Positions 8,631 to 17,514 of a stretch of 21,929 nucleotides of DNA are shown here, piece by piece. The stretch is taken from the NCBI GenBank assembly GCA_044224875.1, contig JBGAJQ010000079.1:1-21929 (forward strand). Reading direction: 5' to 3'. Every line of letters begins with the position of its first letter. The first letter of the stretch is position 1. The stretch is from Gemmatimonadaceae bacterium (GTDB taxonomy: Bacteria; Gemmatimonadota; Gemmatimonadetes; Gemmatimonadales; Gemmatimonadaceae). A program made the position numbers and the translations under genes. Under the pieces are notes generated by a model that worked only from the letters and a program-made list of their open reading frames with translations, did no database searches and was not told the DNA's origin.

Positions 8631-9566
8631 CTACGCGTCGGGCGTAGCAGAGTTACCCGGCAGGAAGAGTGGCGGCGAAATCGCCCCGGCAAACTTCAGG
8701 GGACTCACCGGCATGCCGAAGCGCTTGTCGGCTTCCCGACCAGCCAGCACCTCGCCTCCGGCGCGCAATGCAGCCCGGCGCACCGACTTTGCCGCCTTCA
8801 ACTGCTCGTCGCCCGCCGGATCCAGCTGCATCGGTTCGGCGCGCTCCATCCGCGTCAGCAGGTCCACGATGTAATCGAACGAGCGCGCGAGGTAGCGCCC
8901 CACCTCGGCGTCGCCGAGGTCCCATCGCGAACGCTCCACCGCTAGCTGAAAGATCCGTTGCCAGGACTCGGAGTCAGTGACCCGCACCATGCCACGGAAG
9001 ATCCGACGGTTGGTCGGTGTGCTGAAGATGGTCGGGCTGAGTATGCGGTCCAGGTGCGCATCACTGCGCGAGTGGTCCAGCAATATCAGTTCCTTGGCTC
9101 GTCTGGCCGGTGGCTCACCCAAGTGCATCTCGAATCGACTCTCCCAATAGGAGTGACCGAGCGCCGTGGTACTCGACGTGATAGCAAGTTGCTTCGGGAC
9201 AAAGAAGTTGTGCGCAACGGCATCCGCCGCCAGGTGCGCCAAGTAGCCAGTGGCAAACGCCCGCAGTGGTTCATCGCGTGCGCGGTCGAGGATTTCCATG
9301 CCCACTGGCCACGAGTGGCAGTGCCTTCCTGCCGCCGCATACTTCTTGGCCATGCTGGTATCGGCGGCGATCGATCCGTAGAGAAACTCGTAGGGAAAGG
9401 CCCGGATCAAGGCCGCGACTGCATCGGGGAGCAGGTGCGACGAGCGAAGCACTGCCTCGCCCAGGAACACGTGGGTGCCCGGAGTCCACGCCCAGGCATC
9501 TCCCGGCAGCAACGCGATCGCGATGATCGCGATACAGAGTCCGCCGACCGCTTGGCGCCCCGTCAC
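8631..9566 (-). CDS. Secreted zinc-dependent phospholipase C / S1-P1 nuclease superfamily protein
   Basis: A signal peptide ending AWA is followed by mature N-terminal WTPGTH (Trp1 and His as Zn ligands). Also YGSIAAD, HCH, GYLAHLAADAVAHN and HSYWE, the family metal-ligand pattern. Confidence 0.85.
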   Translation of the reverse strand: MTGRQAVGGLCIAIIAIALLPGDAWAWTPGTHVFLGEAVLRSSHLLPDAVAALIRAFPYEFLYGSIAADTSMAKKYAAAGRHCHSWPVGMEILDRARDEPLRAFATGYLAHLAADAVAHNFFVPKQLAITSSTTALGHSYWESRFEMHLGEPPARRAKELILLDHSRSDAHLDRILSPTIFSTPTNRRIFRGMVRVTDSESWQRIFQLAVERSRWDLGDAEVGRYLARSFDYIVDLLTRMERAEPMQLDPAGDEQLKAAKSVRRAALRAGGEVLAGREADKRFGMPVSPLKFAGAISPPLFLPGNSATPDA

Positions 9567-10210
9567 CCGCGACGCGGCCGTGACTTCAGCCGGGATCGGA
9601 ATCGCGCCGGCCGCCGCCGCCGGACCGGGCGTTCCTCTTCCTCATCCTCGTTGGCGTTGCCCCCATCCTGACGGCTTCCGGCAGCCCAGCGAGCCAGCGC
9701 GAACCCTCGTCGCAGCACGGAAGCACCCGTTTTCACACCATTCACGGCGGAGGCCGCCGAATCGACGAGGTGTTCGGCCTCATCCTGCACCACATCCACC
9801 AGCTCGCCAAAGCGGCGCACGCGATCTTCCGCACCTTCCACCGCCTCGCGCACGCGCCCATTCACCTCGGTGATCGTCTCTCCGATGTGCTCGATGTCTT
9901 TGCGCAGCGACCGGGTCATGAAACTGACATCGTCCGCCACGTTGCGAACACTGTGTGCTGCGCCAGAGATGTCGCTGAACGACAACTGAATCAACTTGGT
10001 CAGCTCCTGTACGCTCTTCTTTATGGCGATCAGGATCAGTACGAGCACCACGAGCATGCCCAACATGAACAGGCCAACGATGGCCTGTTCCACGGCGACC
10101 AGCGTTTCAAGCCAACTCCGCTCCGTTATGGTGCGGGTGACAATGGTGTCCGGAAGCGCGGCGGTCTGCTGCAACACCGCCAAAGCCAGCGACGCATTCA
10201 GAATCGACAT
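9563..10210 (-). CDS. DUF948-like single-pass membrane protein with coiled coil
   Basis: A long hydrophobic helix (IVGLFMLGMLVVLVLILIAI) is followed by heptad-like repeats and an acidic then Arg-rich tail. Its stop overlaps the PLC-family start (GTGA). Confidence 0.7.
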   Translation of the reverse strand: MSILNASLALAVLQQTAALPDTIVTRTITERSWLETLVAVEQAIVGLFMLGMLVVLVLILIAIKKSVQELTKLIQLSFSDISGAAHSVRNVADDVSFMTRSLRKDIEHIGETITEVNGRVREAVEGAEDRVRRFGELVDVVQDEAEHLVDSAASAVNGVKTGASVLRRGFALARWAAGSRQDGGNANEDEEEERPVRRRRPARFRSRLKSRPRRG

Positions 10211-10235
10211 TCGGACCTCGTCTCGAGGGTGCCTG

Positions 10236-10265
10236 ATCGTAGTCTGACGAAAAAACCGAAGTCAA
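10236..10265 (-). promoter_or_regulatory. Putative sigma70 promoter for the DUF948-PLC pair
   Basis: The minus strand reads TTGACT-N18-TACGAT (-35 at 10265-10260, -10 at 10241-10236); a GAGG Shine-Dalgarno precedes the ATG at 10210. Confidence 0.5.
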
Positions 10266-10273
10266 GCGATAGC

Positions 10274-10303
10274 TTGAACATGCGTTTGGAAGCAGGACAT
10301 CTT
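10274..10303 (+). promoter_or_regulatory. Possible sigma70 promoter for murA
   Basis: TTGAAC-N18-CATCTT; the -10 element is non-consensus. Confidence 0.3.
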
Positions 10304-10329
10304 TCGCCAATCTCCAATCGGCTCATCAA

Positions 10330-11616
10330 ATGGCAAGTGTGAAGTATATCGTCGAGGGCGGAGCCACACTTTCAGGCTCGATCGAACCGGCCGGAAACAA
10401 GAATGCGGCGCTCCCCATCATTGCGGCGTCGCTCCTCACCGAGTACCCGGTGACGCTCACCAACGTGCCCCGCATTCGGGATACGGAAACGCTCGTGGAG
10501 CTGCTGCGCTCCGTTGGCGCGGAAGCAGAGTGGACTGGTCACAATGCGCTAGCGATCCATGCACGAGAGCTGCGCACGGACGATCTCGATCCCGCGCTGT
10601 GTGCCAAGATCCGCGCCTCGATTCTACTCGCTGGTCCGCTGCTGGCGCGACGGGGACACGTGGTACTGCCGCCGCCGGGAGGAGATGTCATCGGCCGGCG
10701 GCGGGTCGACACGCACTTTCTGGCATTCGAGCAGCTGGGGGCAACGGTTTCGGCCTCGGATCGCTACGAATTCCGCGCCACGCAACTGATAGGCGCTGAC
10801 GTTTTTCTGGATGAGCCAAGCGTCACAGCGACCGAGAATGCGCTGATGGCCGCAGTGGCAGCGAAGGGAACCACGGTGCTGCGCAACGCCGCCAGTGAAC
10901 CGCATGTGCAGGACCTCGCCCAGTTTCTCGTCGCGTTAGGCGCACGGATCGAGGGGATTGGGACAAACACCATGACGGCACACGGGCCGTCGATGCTCAA
11001 GGGCGCCACTCATCGGATTGGGCCCGATCACATCGAAGTGGGTTCGTTCATCGGGCTGGCCGCTGTCACCAAGTCGCCGTTGCGCATCGTGAACGCCGGC
11101 GTCCAGCACCTCCGTTCCACTCGGATGGGCTTCGAGCGACTGGGGATCGTTTGCCAGGTGCAAGGAGACGACCTGATCGTCCCTGCGGAGCAGTCCCGCG
11201 AGATTCGATCTGATCTCGGTGGGCACGTGCCCAAGCTCGAGGATCAGCCCTGGCCGGCATTTCCGGCAGACGTGATGTCGATCGCCATCGTGACCGCGAC
11301 GCAATGCGAGGGCCTCATCCTGATGCACGAAAAGATGTTTGAGTCTCGGCTGTTTTTCGTGGACAAACTCATTGCGATGGGAGCGCGGATCGTGCTCTGC
11401 GATCCGCACCGTGCCCTCGTTTCTGGCCCCTGCAAACTTCGCGGCGCGCGCGTGGAGTCGCCGGACATTCGAGCAGGAATGGCGATGTTGCTGGCCGCAC
11501 TCTGCGCCGAAGGGCGCAGCACCATCAACAACGCGGTCCAGATCGAGCGCGGATACGAGCGCATCGACGAGCGACTCAACGCGCTGGGCGCCAGGATCAC
11601 GCGAGTCGTCGAGTAA
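10330..11616 (+). CDS. murA: UDP-N-acetylglucosamine 1-carboxyvinyltransferase, Asp-type active site
   Basis: [22 protein letters not shown] loop, [27 protein letters not shown] and IERGYE motifs. Confidence 0.97.
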   Translation: MASVKYIVEGGATLSGSIEPAGNKNAALPIIAASLLTEYPVTLTNVPRIRDTETLVELLRSVGAEAEWTGHNALAIHARELRTDDLDPALCAKIRASILLAGPLLARRGHVVLPPPGGDVIGRRRVDTHFLAFEQLGATVSASDRYEFRATQLIGADVFLDEPSVTATENALMAAVAAKGTTVLRNAASEPHVQDLAQFLVALGARIEGIGTNTMTAHGPSMLKGATHRIGPDHIEVGSFIGLAAVTKSPLRIVNAGVQHLRSTRMGFERLGIVCQVQGDDLIVPAEQSREIRSDLGGHVPKLEDQPWPAFPADVMSIAIVTATQCEGLILMHEKMFESRLFFVDKLIAMGARIVLCDPHRALVSGPCKLRGARVESPDIRAGMAMLLAALCAEGRSTINNAVQIERGYERIDERLNALGARITRVVE

Positions 11617-11618
11617 GC

Positions 11619-12323
11619 GTGTTGACGGATGCAGTGATTGAAGAGGCTCCCGGGTTCGCGGCACTCGGCTTTGCCGCGTTCACCACAAAGCGCGCGGCCG
11701 GTGATTTTGGCCTGACCTCGTCCACCGAGCCTTCCGCAGCGGTGTTCAATCGCTGGCTGTCACTCGGCGACTCCGCCGGGTTGGCGCCGGAGCGCATCGC
11801 CTGCGCGCACCAGGTGCATGGAGCGGATGTGCTCGTCCATTCGTCGGACTGGCGCGGGTTCCTTCGACACGCAGAAGCGGACGGCCACTTCACCCGCACG
11901 CCTCGGACACTGATGGCCGTCACGCTCGCTGACTGCGTTCCCGTGTTCATTGGGCACCCGTCCGGGGCGTGCGCAGTCCTGCACTCCGGATGGAAAGGGA
12001 CCGTCGCGAACATCATGCGCGCCGGCATTCACCAGTTCGTCCTGCACGGACTGTCTCCTTCGGACCTCACCGTGCACTGCGGGCCGGCAATATGCGGTCG
12101 CTGCTACCAGGTTGGTCCGGAGGTGTATGCGCGTCTCACCGGCAGCGTCGTTGACGCCCCAACCACCGTTGATCTGCGGGCCATCATTGCGGGGCAGGCC
12201 GCGTTCGCGGGAGCGAGGTCAGTGTCCGTGAGCGACAAGTGTTCGCGATGCAATAACGAGCAGTTCTTCTCACATCGTTGCGGGGACACTGGGCGGATGG
12301 TGGGGGCCATTTGCCCGCTGTAG
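11619..12323 (+). CDS. pgeF: YfiH/PgeF family protein (peptidoglycan editing factor / purine nucleoside phosphorylase, laccase-domain)
   Basis: HQVHG, ADG, ADCVP, HSGWKG, GPAICGRCYQV and FFSHR motifs carry the His-Cys-His site; the gene starts 2 nt after murA. Confidence 0.88.
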   Translation: MLTDAVIEEAPGFAALGFAAFTTKRAAGDFGLTSSTEPSAAVFNRWLSLGDSAGLAPERIACAHQVHGADVLVHSSDWRGFLRHAEADGHFTRTPRTLMAVTLADCVPVFIGHPSGACAVLHSGWKGTVANIMRAGIHQFVLHGLSPSDLTVHCGPAICGRCYQVGPEVYARLTGSVVDAPTTVDLRAIIAGQAAFAGARSVSVSDKCSRCNNEQFFSHRCGDTGRMVGAICPL

Positions 12324-12432
12324 CGCACGGTCTTGGTCAGGCGAGGTCGAAGTATGCGTTCAATTGTGCTGTGAACTCGTCGACGCGCGCGGCACTAGCT
12401 TTACCCTAACTCCAACCGTAGATTGGTCGTAC

Positions 12433-12452
12433 GCGTTGGCCTCGGCTAGCGC
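12433..12452 (+). promoter_or_regulatory. First leader hairpin upstream of rimP
   Basis: GCGTTGGC-CTCG-GCTAGCGC forms an 8-bp stem with two G-U pairs, followed by TTTC. Confidence 0.45.
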
Positions 12453-12458
12453 TTTCGC

Positions 12459-12489
12459 AAATGTGGGGGAGGGCTCCCCACATTTTTTT
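12459..12489 (+). terminator. Intrinsic terminator/attenuator in the rimP-nusA leader
   Basis: AAATGTGGGG-gagggct-CCCCACATTT inverted repeat running into 7 T (12483-12489), ending 26 nt before the rimP ATG. Confidence 0.8.
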
Positions 12490-12515
12490 GTTCTTGGGGT
12501 GTATCTCGACACGGT

Positions 12516-12980
12516 ATGAGCCAAGCGCTGGAAGACTTTGTCAAAGAAGAAGTTGCCGCGCTTGGATTTGATTTGGTGGAGTTTCGACGCGGTGGTACGG
12601 CGCGAGTGCCGCTGCTCGATATCAGGATCGATCGCACCGACGGACAGAAGGTGACGATCGACGATTGCGCGCGCGTTTCTCGAACGATCGAGCCGCGACT
12701 CGATGAATCGGGCCTCGTCGTGAAGGACTACGTGCTGGAGGTGTCGTCGCCGGGGGTGGAACGTCCGCTGCGGAATGCCGCAGACTGGCGACGCTTCACC
12801 GGACGTCGCGCCAAGGTGCGCTCGCCGATGCTCGGTGGGCGAGTGGAAGTTGATGTGCTGGGTGCTGTGGATTCCAATGGAGTGGAAGTCGCAGTCTTAC
12901 GAGATCAGAACGGCGAAGAACGCCAGGTCCCGCTTTCCGAGATTCTGGAGGCGCGACTGGTGTTTCGCTGGAACCAATAG
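12516..12980 (+). CDS. rimP: Ribosome maturation factor RimP
   Basis: VTIDDCARVSR and YVLEVSSPGVERPL motifs; immediately upstream of nusA. Confidence 0.96.
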   Translation: MSQALEDFVKEEVAALGFDLVEFRRGGTARVPLLDIRIDRTDGQKVTIDDCARVSRTIEPRLDESGLVVKDYVLEVSSPGVERPLRNAADWRRFTGRRAKVRSPMLGGRVEVDVLGAVDSNGVEVAVLRDQNGEERQVPLSEILEARLVFRWNQ

Positions 12981-12992
12981 GGGGCTGGTGCG

Positions 12993-14345
12993 ATGGTCGG
13001 TTCCGCCGAGATCCTAACGGCAATTCGAGAGTTGACCAACACAAAGCAGTTGGATCGTTCGGAGCTGCACGGGCTGCTCCAGGACGGTATTCATGCTGCG
13101 CTCGCCAAGAAGCACGGACCGAACGTGCAGGCGGAAGTGGAGATCGACGAGGCCAGCGGGAAGATCAACATTGTGCTTCTGAAGACGGTCGCCGAAGAGG
13201 TGACGGATCCGGGGCGCGAAATCTCGCTCGAGGAGGCCCAGTTCGAGGATCCCGACTTTCAGGTCGGCGATCTCATGGAGATTCCGGTCGACTTTGCAGA
13301 GTTTGGCCGTAGCGCCGTACAGGCCGCGAAGCAGCGAATCATCCAGCGGGTGCGCGAGGGTGAGCGCACGCGAATCCGCGATGAGTTCGCGGGACGCGTC
13401 GGCGACTTGCTGTCCGGCGAGGTTCAGCAGATCGAGCGCGGAAAGTTAGTGGTGATGCTGAACAAGTTCCGCGAAGCAGAAGCGATCATTCCGTACCGCG
13501 AGCAGAATCACCGCGAGCACTTTCATCAGGGCGATCCCATCCGCGCCGTGCTCAAGCGCGTGGAGGAAACGCCAAAAGGACCCCGCCTCATCCTCAGTCG
13601 GTCGGATCCGTTCTTCGTAAAGGCCTTGTTCCGACTCGAGGTCCCCGAGATGCAGCAGGGCATCGTCGACATCAAGGCGGCCGCGCGAGAAGTCGGCAGC
13701 CGCACGAAGATCGCCGTCGTGTCGCGCGATGATGCCATTGATCCCGTGGGCGCGTGTGTGGGCCTGAAGGGCTCACGCGTGCAGGCGGTGGTCAACGAGC
13801 TGAATGGTGAGCGCATCGACATCGTGCCTTGGTCTCCGGACCCGGAGCGCTTTGCGAAGCTGGCACTCGCCCCAGCGCGTGTGGCGCGGGTCTTCCTGGA
13901 TCCGGAAGGGAAGACAGTGCAGGCGGTGGTCGACGAGGATCAGCTGTCGCTCGCGATCGGCCGGAACGGCCAGAACGTGCGTCTGGCGTCTGAGCTGACG
14001 GGATGGAAGATCGACATCTATTCCAGCCGTGAGTGGCTGGAGCGCAGCGAAGGACCGATGTTCCAGCCGCTTCCCGAGGAGTCGGATGTGGCGGCGGACG
14101 TGAAGCTGTCCGAGATCGAGGGTCTTCCCACGGCGACCGTGGCGGTCCTCGAAGAGGCGGGATACCGCACCCTCAACGACATCATCGACCTCGAGCGCGA
14201 CGACTTCCTGCGACTCCCGGGCATTGCACCCGAGGAAGCCGATCGCATCATGGCGATCCTGAATGAGCTGACGGAGGAAGGTGGTGAGGACGCGGACGAC
14301 GCTGAGGCAGAGAGTCACGGCGACGGACGCCAGCAGAACGGTTGA
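12993..14345 (+). CDS. nusA: Transcription termination/antitermination factor NusA
   Basis: FGRSAVQAAKQRIIQRVRE, S1 domain, KH motifs REVGSRTKIAV, DPVGACVGLKGSRVQ and LAIGRNGQNVRLA, then an acidic HhH-like C-terminal domain. Confidence 0.98.
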   Translation: MVGSAEILTAIRELTNTKQLDRSELHGLLQDGIHAALAKKHGPNVQAEVEIDEASGKINIVLLKTVAEEVTDPGREISLEEAQFEDPDFQVGDLMEIPVDFAEFGRSAVQAAKQRIIQRVREGERTRIRDEFAGRVGDLLSGEVQQIERGKLVVMLNKFREAEAIIPYREQNHREHFHQGDPIRAVLKRVEETPKGPRLILSRSDPFFVKALFRLEVPEMQQGIVDIKAAAREVGSRTKIAVVSRDDAIDPVGACVGLKGSRVQAVVNELNGERIDIVPWSPDPERFAKLALAPARVARVFLDPEGKTVQAVVDEDQLSLAIGRNGQNVRLASELTGWKIDIYSSREWLERSEGPMFQPLPEESDVAADVKLSEIEGLPTATVAVLEEAGYRTLNDIIDLERDDFLRLPGIAPEEADRIMAILNELTEEGGEDADDAEAESHGDGRQQNG

Positions 14346-14346
14346 A

Positions 14347-14715
14347 GTGGATCCGACGATCGAACGCAGGATGTTGGGACTGGTTGGATTGGGGGTGCGC
14401 GCGCGCAACGTGGTGGTTGGCGTTGAGCGGGTGCGAGACGCGGCCAAACGCGGCACATTGCGAATGGCCATCGTGGCCCCGGATGCATCGAAGAACAGTT
14501 TGGACAAGGTCGTACCAATGCTGACGGCCAAGCGAATTCGCACGGTGCAGGGGCCGTCCGCTGCGGCGTTAGGCGGTGCCGTGGGTCGGGAGACGACGGC
14601 TGCGGTTGGCATCACGAATGGGGCGCTCGCACGCGGCGTGCGGGCATTGTTGGAGCAGGCGGCGACGGGCGCGAATCCGCACCTGTCGACGAAGGACCGC
14701 GAGGAGGACGTTTGA
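14347..14715 (+). CDS. L7Ae/L30e/YlxQ family RNA-binding protein
   Basis: LGLVGLGVRARNVVVGVERV...APDAS...LGGAVGR..TAAVGI is the L7Ae family pattern, in its usual position between nusA and infB. GTG 14347 is chosen over the ORF-track start at 14281; ATG 14371 is an alternative. Confidence 0.88.
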   Translation: MDPTIERRMLGLVGLGVRARNVVVGVERVRDAAKRGTLRMAIVAPDASKNSLDKVVPMLTAKRIRTVQGPSAAALGGAVGRETTAAVGITNGALARGVRALLEQAATGANPHLSTKDREEDV

Positions 14716-17474
14716 GCAAGCTTCGTGTGAACGACATGGCAGGCGAGTTCGGGATCACCGCCGACGAAGTCATTGGACTTCTGCGGCAGATGGACGTGCC
14801 TGTCCGCAGCCACCTGACTGTGCTCACTGATGACCAGGTGGCCCGCATTCGCGCACGATGGGAACGCGAGAAGCGCGCACGGGTCGAAAAGCCCGCCGCC
14901 GCGCCCGCTCGACGCCGTCGCGGAACTGCCGCCGCCGAAGCGGCCGAACCCGCGCCCGTGAAGGCGCCAAAGGCCAGCCCCAAGGCCGCCAAGGTTGAAA
15001 CCCCTGAGGTCGTGGAGTCGGCGCCGCCTGCAGCCGCCGCGGCGTCCGCGACGGGCGTGCGCCGCCGCCGCCGACCAGCCGAAGCGCCTGTCGAGCTCGA
15101 ACCCGTGGTCGAGGCAGCGCCAGAGACGCCCGCCGAAGTCGTCGAAGTGGCCGCGCCGGAGCCCACTGTGGTCGAACGCCCCGCCGCGTTCGCCGAAGGC
15201 TCGGCGGAAGAGACGATGGTCGAGGAGGTGAGTGTACCGGTCGAGCCCGAGGTGCTGCCGGTTGCCCCGCCGCGCCCAGCTCCAACGACTGCACACGCCG
15301 GTGGCACTTCGTCTTCTTCGCCCGAGCGTCCGCGCCCCCGTCCCATCGTCCCCGGCGCGCCGCGACCGAAGCCAGCCGCTGGATCGGGCCCGTACTATCC
15401 TCCGCGTCCGGTGGCGTCTGCCACGCCCAGCGGGGGCGTCGGCATTCCGACGCGCCGAGACGATCGCAAGACTCCGGCCGCCGGCATGCCGCAGCAGCAA
15501 CAACAGCCGGCCTCGCCCTCACGTCGCAAGAAGGGCAAGCGCGGAGCGGTGGACAAGGAAGAGGTGAGCGCAAACATCTCGCGCGTCATGGGCGCCATGC
15601 GCGGGGGTCCGGTTCGCCGCGGCCCGCGTCGACCCGATGACTCACGGGAAGAAATGGAGGCGATGCGCCGCGAGGTTGCCGAGCGGGAAAAGAAGACCGT
15701 TCGAGTGAACGAGTTCATTACCGTCGCCGAGCTGGCCGAGACACTCAAGGTACCGGCAACGCAGATCGTAGGGTTCGCGTTCAAGAACCTCGGCCTCATG
15801 GTGACCATCAACCAGCGACTCGACTTCGACCAGATCGAACTCATCGCCGGCGAATTCGGGTTCCAGGCCGTCCGCGAGGAGGAATACGCGGCCGACATGG
15901 GCGAGCAGGTCGAGGCCGATAAGCCGACCGATCTCGTGCCGCGACCCCCCGTGGTGACCATCATGGGGCACGTCGACCACGGTAAGACTTCGCTGCTCGA
16001 CTACATCCGAAAGGCGAACGTCGTGGCTGGTGAGGCTGGCGGCATCACGCAGCACATCGGCGCCTACCACGTCACGCTGCCAAACGGGAAGCAACTCACG
16101 TTCCTGGACACGCCGGGTCACGAGGCATTCACCGCCATGCGCGCGCGCGGTGCGCAGGTCACGGACATCGTCGTGCTGGTCGTTGCGGCCAACGACTCGG
16201 TCATGCCACAGACGGTCGAGGCGATTTCGCACGCGCGGAACGCCGGCGTGCCGCTCATTGTGGCCATCAACAAGATTGACCTGCCGGACGCGAATCCGAT
16301 GCGCGTGTCGCAGGATCTACTGCAACATGGCATCGTGCTGGAGCAGTTCGGCGGCCAGACCCTGTCTACACCTATTTCGGCGAAGAAGGGAACCAACGTC
16401 ACGGAATTGCTCGAACAGGTGCTACTGCAGGCGGAGATCCTCGACCTCAAGGCGAATCCGTCCAAGAAGGCGACGGGATCGGTGGTCGAGGCGCAACTGG
16501 ATGCCGGCAAGGGACCGGTTGCCACGGTCCTCGTCCAAGGCGGCACCCTCCGGGTTGGCGACGACTTCATCTGCGGTCTGTATTCCGGTCGCGTGCGCGC
16601 CCTGCTCGATGAGCGCGGGAAGCACGTCAAGGAGGCCGGTCCCGCCATTCCGGTCCAGGTGTTGGGCCTGACGGGGGTGCCGATGGCCGGCGATCAGTTC
16701 CTCGTGGTGGATGATGCGACCCAGGCGCGCGAAATTGCGCAGCGGCGTGAGCGTCTGGATCGCGAGGCGAAGAGTCGCCGGACCAGTAAGGGCGCCGTGA
16801 CGCTGGAAGACTTCATGTCGCAGGCGGCGGCGGGCCTCAAGCGCACCCTGCACATCGTGATCAAGGCGGACCAGGGTGGCCCGGCCGAAGCATTGGCCGA
16901 CGCCTTGTCGCAGCTGTCGAACGCCGAGGTACAGGTGGACGTCGTGCACCGTGGCGTTGGCGCCATCACCGAGTCCGATATCCTGCTGGCGCGGGCATCG
17001 GGCGCCGTCATTATCGGGTTCCACGTGCGTCCCGATAACAACGCGCGAAACGCCGCCGAACGCGAAGGCGTGGACATCAAGCTGTATCGCGTCATCTACG
17101 ACGCGGTCAACGATGTACGCGCGGCGCTCGAAGGCTTGCTCCGTCCAGAGGAGCGCGAAGTCATTGTCGGCGAGGCCGAGGTTCGGGAGACCTTCAAGGT
17201 CTCGCGTATCGGCACCATCGCCGGCTGCTACGTGAGGAGCGGCCTCATTAACCGTCAAGGCCGCGTCCGCGTGGTGCGCGACGGTACGGAAGTCTATGAC
17301 GGAACCATCAACTCCCTGCGCCGGTTCAAGGACGACGTGCGCGAAGTGAAGGAAGGTTACGAATGCGGTATTGGCGTCGAGAACTTCAACGACGTCAAGG
17401 TGGGTGACGTGATCGAGTGTTACCGAAAGGAAGAGGTGGCGCGAACCCTTCAAACCGATGGGTCGTCGTCCTAA
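14712..17474 (+). CDS. infB: Translation initiation factor IF-2
   Basis: TTG start after a GAGGAGG Shine-Dalgarno. IF2-N motif, Ala/Pro/Glu-rich linker, G-domain MGHVDHGKT, GGITQHIGA, DTPGH and NKID, and C-terminal LRRFKDDVREV..GYECG. Confidence 0.98.
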   Translation: MSKLRVNDMAGEFGITADEVIGLLRQMDVPVRSHLTVLTDDQVARIRARWEREKRARVEKPAAAPARRRRGTAAAEAAEPAPVKAPKASPKAAKVETPEVVESAPPAAAAASATGVRRRRRPAEAPVELEPVVEAAPETPAEVVEVAAPEPTVVERPAAFAEGSAEETMVEEVSVPVEPEVLPVAPPRPAPTTAHAGGTSSSSPERPRPRPIVPGAPRPKPAAGSGPYYPPRPVASATPSGGVGIPTRRDDRKTPAAGMPQQQQQPASPSRRKKGKRGAVDKEEVSANISRVMGAMRGGPVRRGPRRPDDSREEMEAMRREVAEREKKTVRVNEFITVAELAETLKVPATQIVGFAFKNLGLMVTINQRLDFDQIELIAGEFGFQAVREEEYAADMGEQVEADKPTDLVPRPPVVTIMGHVDHGKTSLLDYIRKANVVAGEAGGITQHIGAYHVTLPNGKQLTFLDTPGHEAFTAMRARGAQVTDIVVLVVAANDSVMPQTVEAISHARNAGVPLIVAINKIDLPDANPMRVSQDLLQHGIVLEQFGGQTLSTPISAKKGTNVTELLEQVLLQAEILDLKANPSKKATGSVVEAQLDAGKGPVATVLVQGGTLRVGDDFICGLYSGRVRALLDERGKHVKEAGPAIPVQVLGLTGVPMAGDQFLVVDDATQAREIAQRRERLDREAKSRRTSKGAVTLEDFMSQAAAGLKRTLHIVIKADQGGPAEALADALSQLSNAEVQVDVVHRGVGAITESDILLARASGAVIIGFHVRPDNNARNAAEREGVDIKLYRVIYDAVNDVRAALEGLLRPEEREVIVGEAEVRETFKVSRIGTIAGCYVRSGLINRQGRVRVVRDGTEVYDGTINSLRRFKDDVREVKEGYECGIGVENFNDVKVGDVIECYRKEEVARTLQTDGSSS

Positions 17475-17480
17475 CGATTG

Positions 17481-17514
17481 AGGAGCCGGGCGATACCATC
17501 GCCCGGTTCCTTTT
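17481..17514 (+). terminator. Intrinsic terminator-like hairpin after infB
   Basis: AGGAGCCGGGCGAT-acc-ATCGCCCGGTTCCT, a 14-bp stem with one G-U pair, ending in a short TTTT run. Confidence 0.7.

Noticed and set aside
12324..12430. Possible tRNA or small RNA upstream of rimP (as metY in E. coli)
   Set aside because: I could not build a cloverleaf or find a GTTCRA T-loop in a proper stem context.
13773..15503. 576-aa minus-strand ORF
   Set aside because: It is antisense to nusA, the L7Ae gene and infB, has Arg/Gly-rich low-information composition and no motifs; a typical shadow ORF in GC-rich DNA.
14890..15540. Ala/Pro/Glu/Arg-rich repetitive stretch with a short poly-Gln run in infB
   Set aside because: A low-complexity linker is normal for IF-2 N-termini; there is no regular DNA repeat unit or spacer array.
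15222..15567. GAGGAGG followed by an out-of-frame GTG ORF inside infB (possible internal start)
   Set aside because: The SD-like run encodes Glu-Glu-Val, the spacing to the GTG is too short, and no in-frame start is suitably placed.
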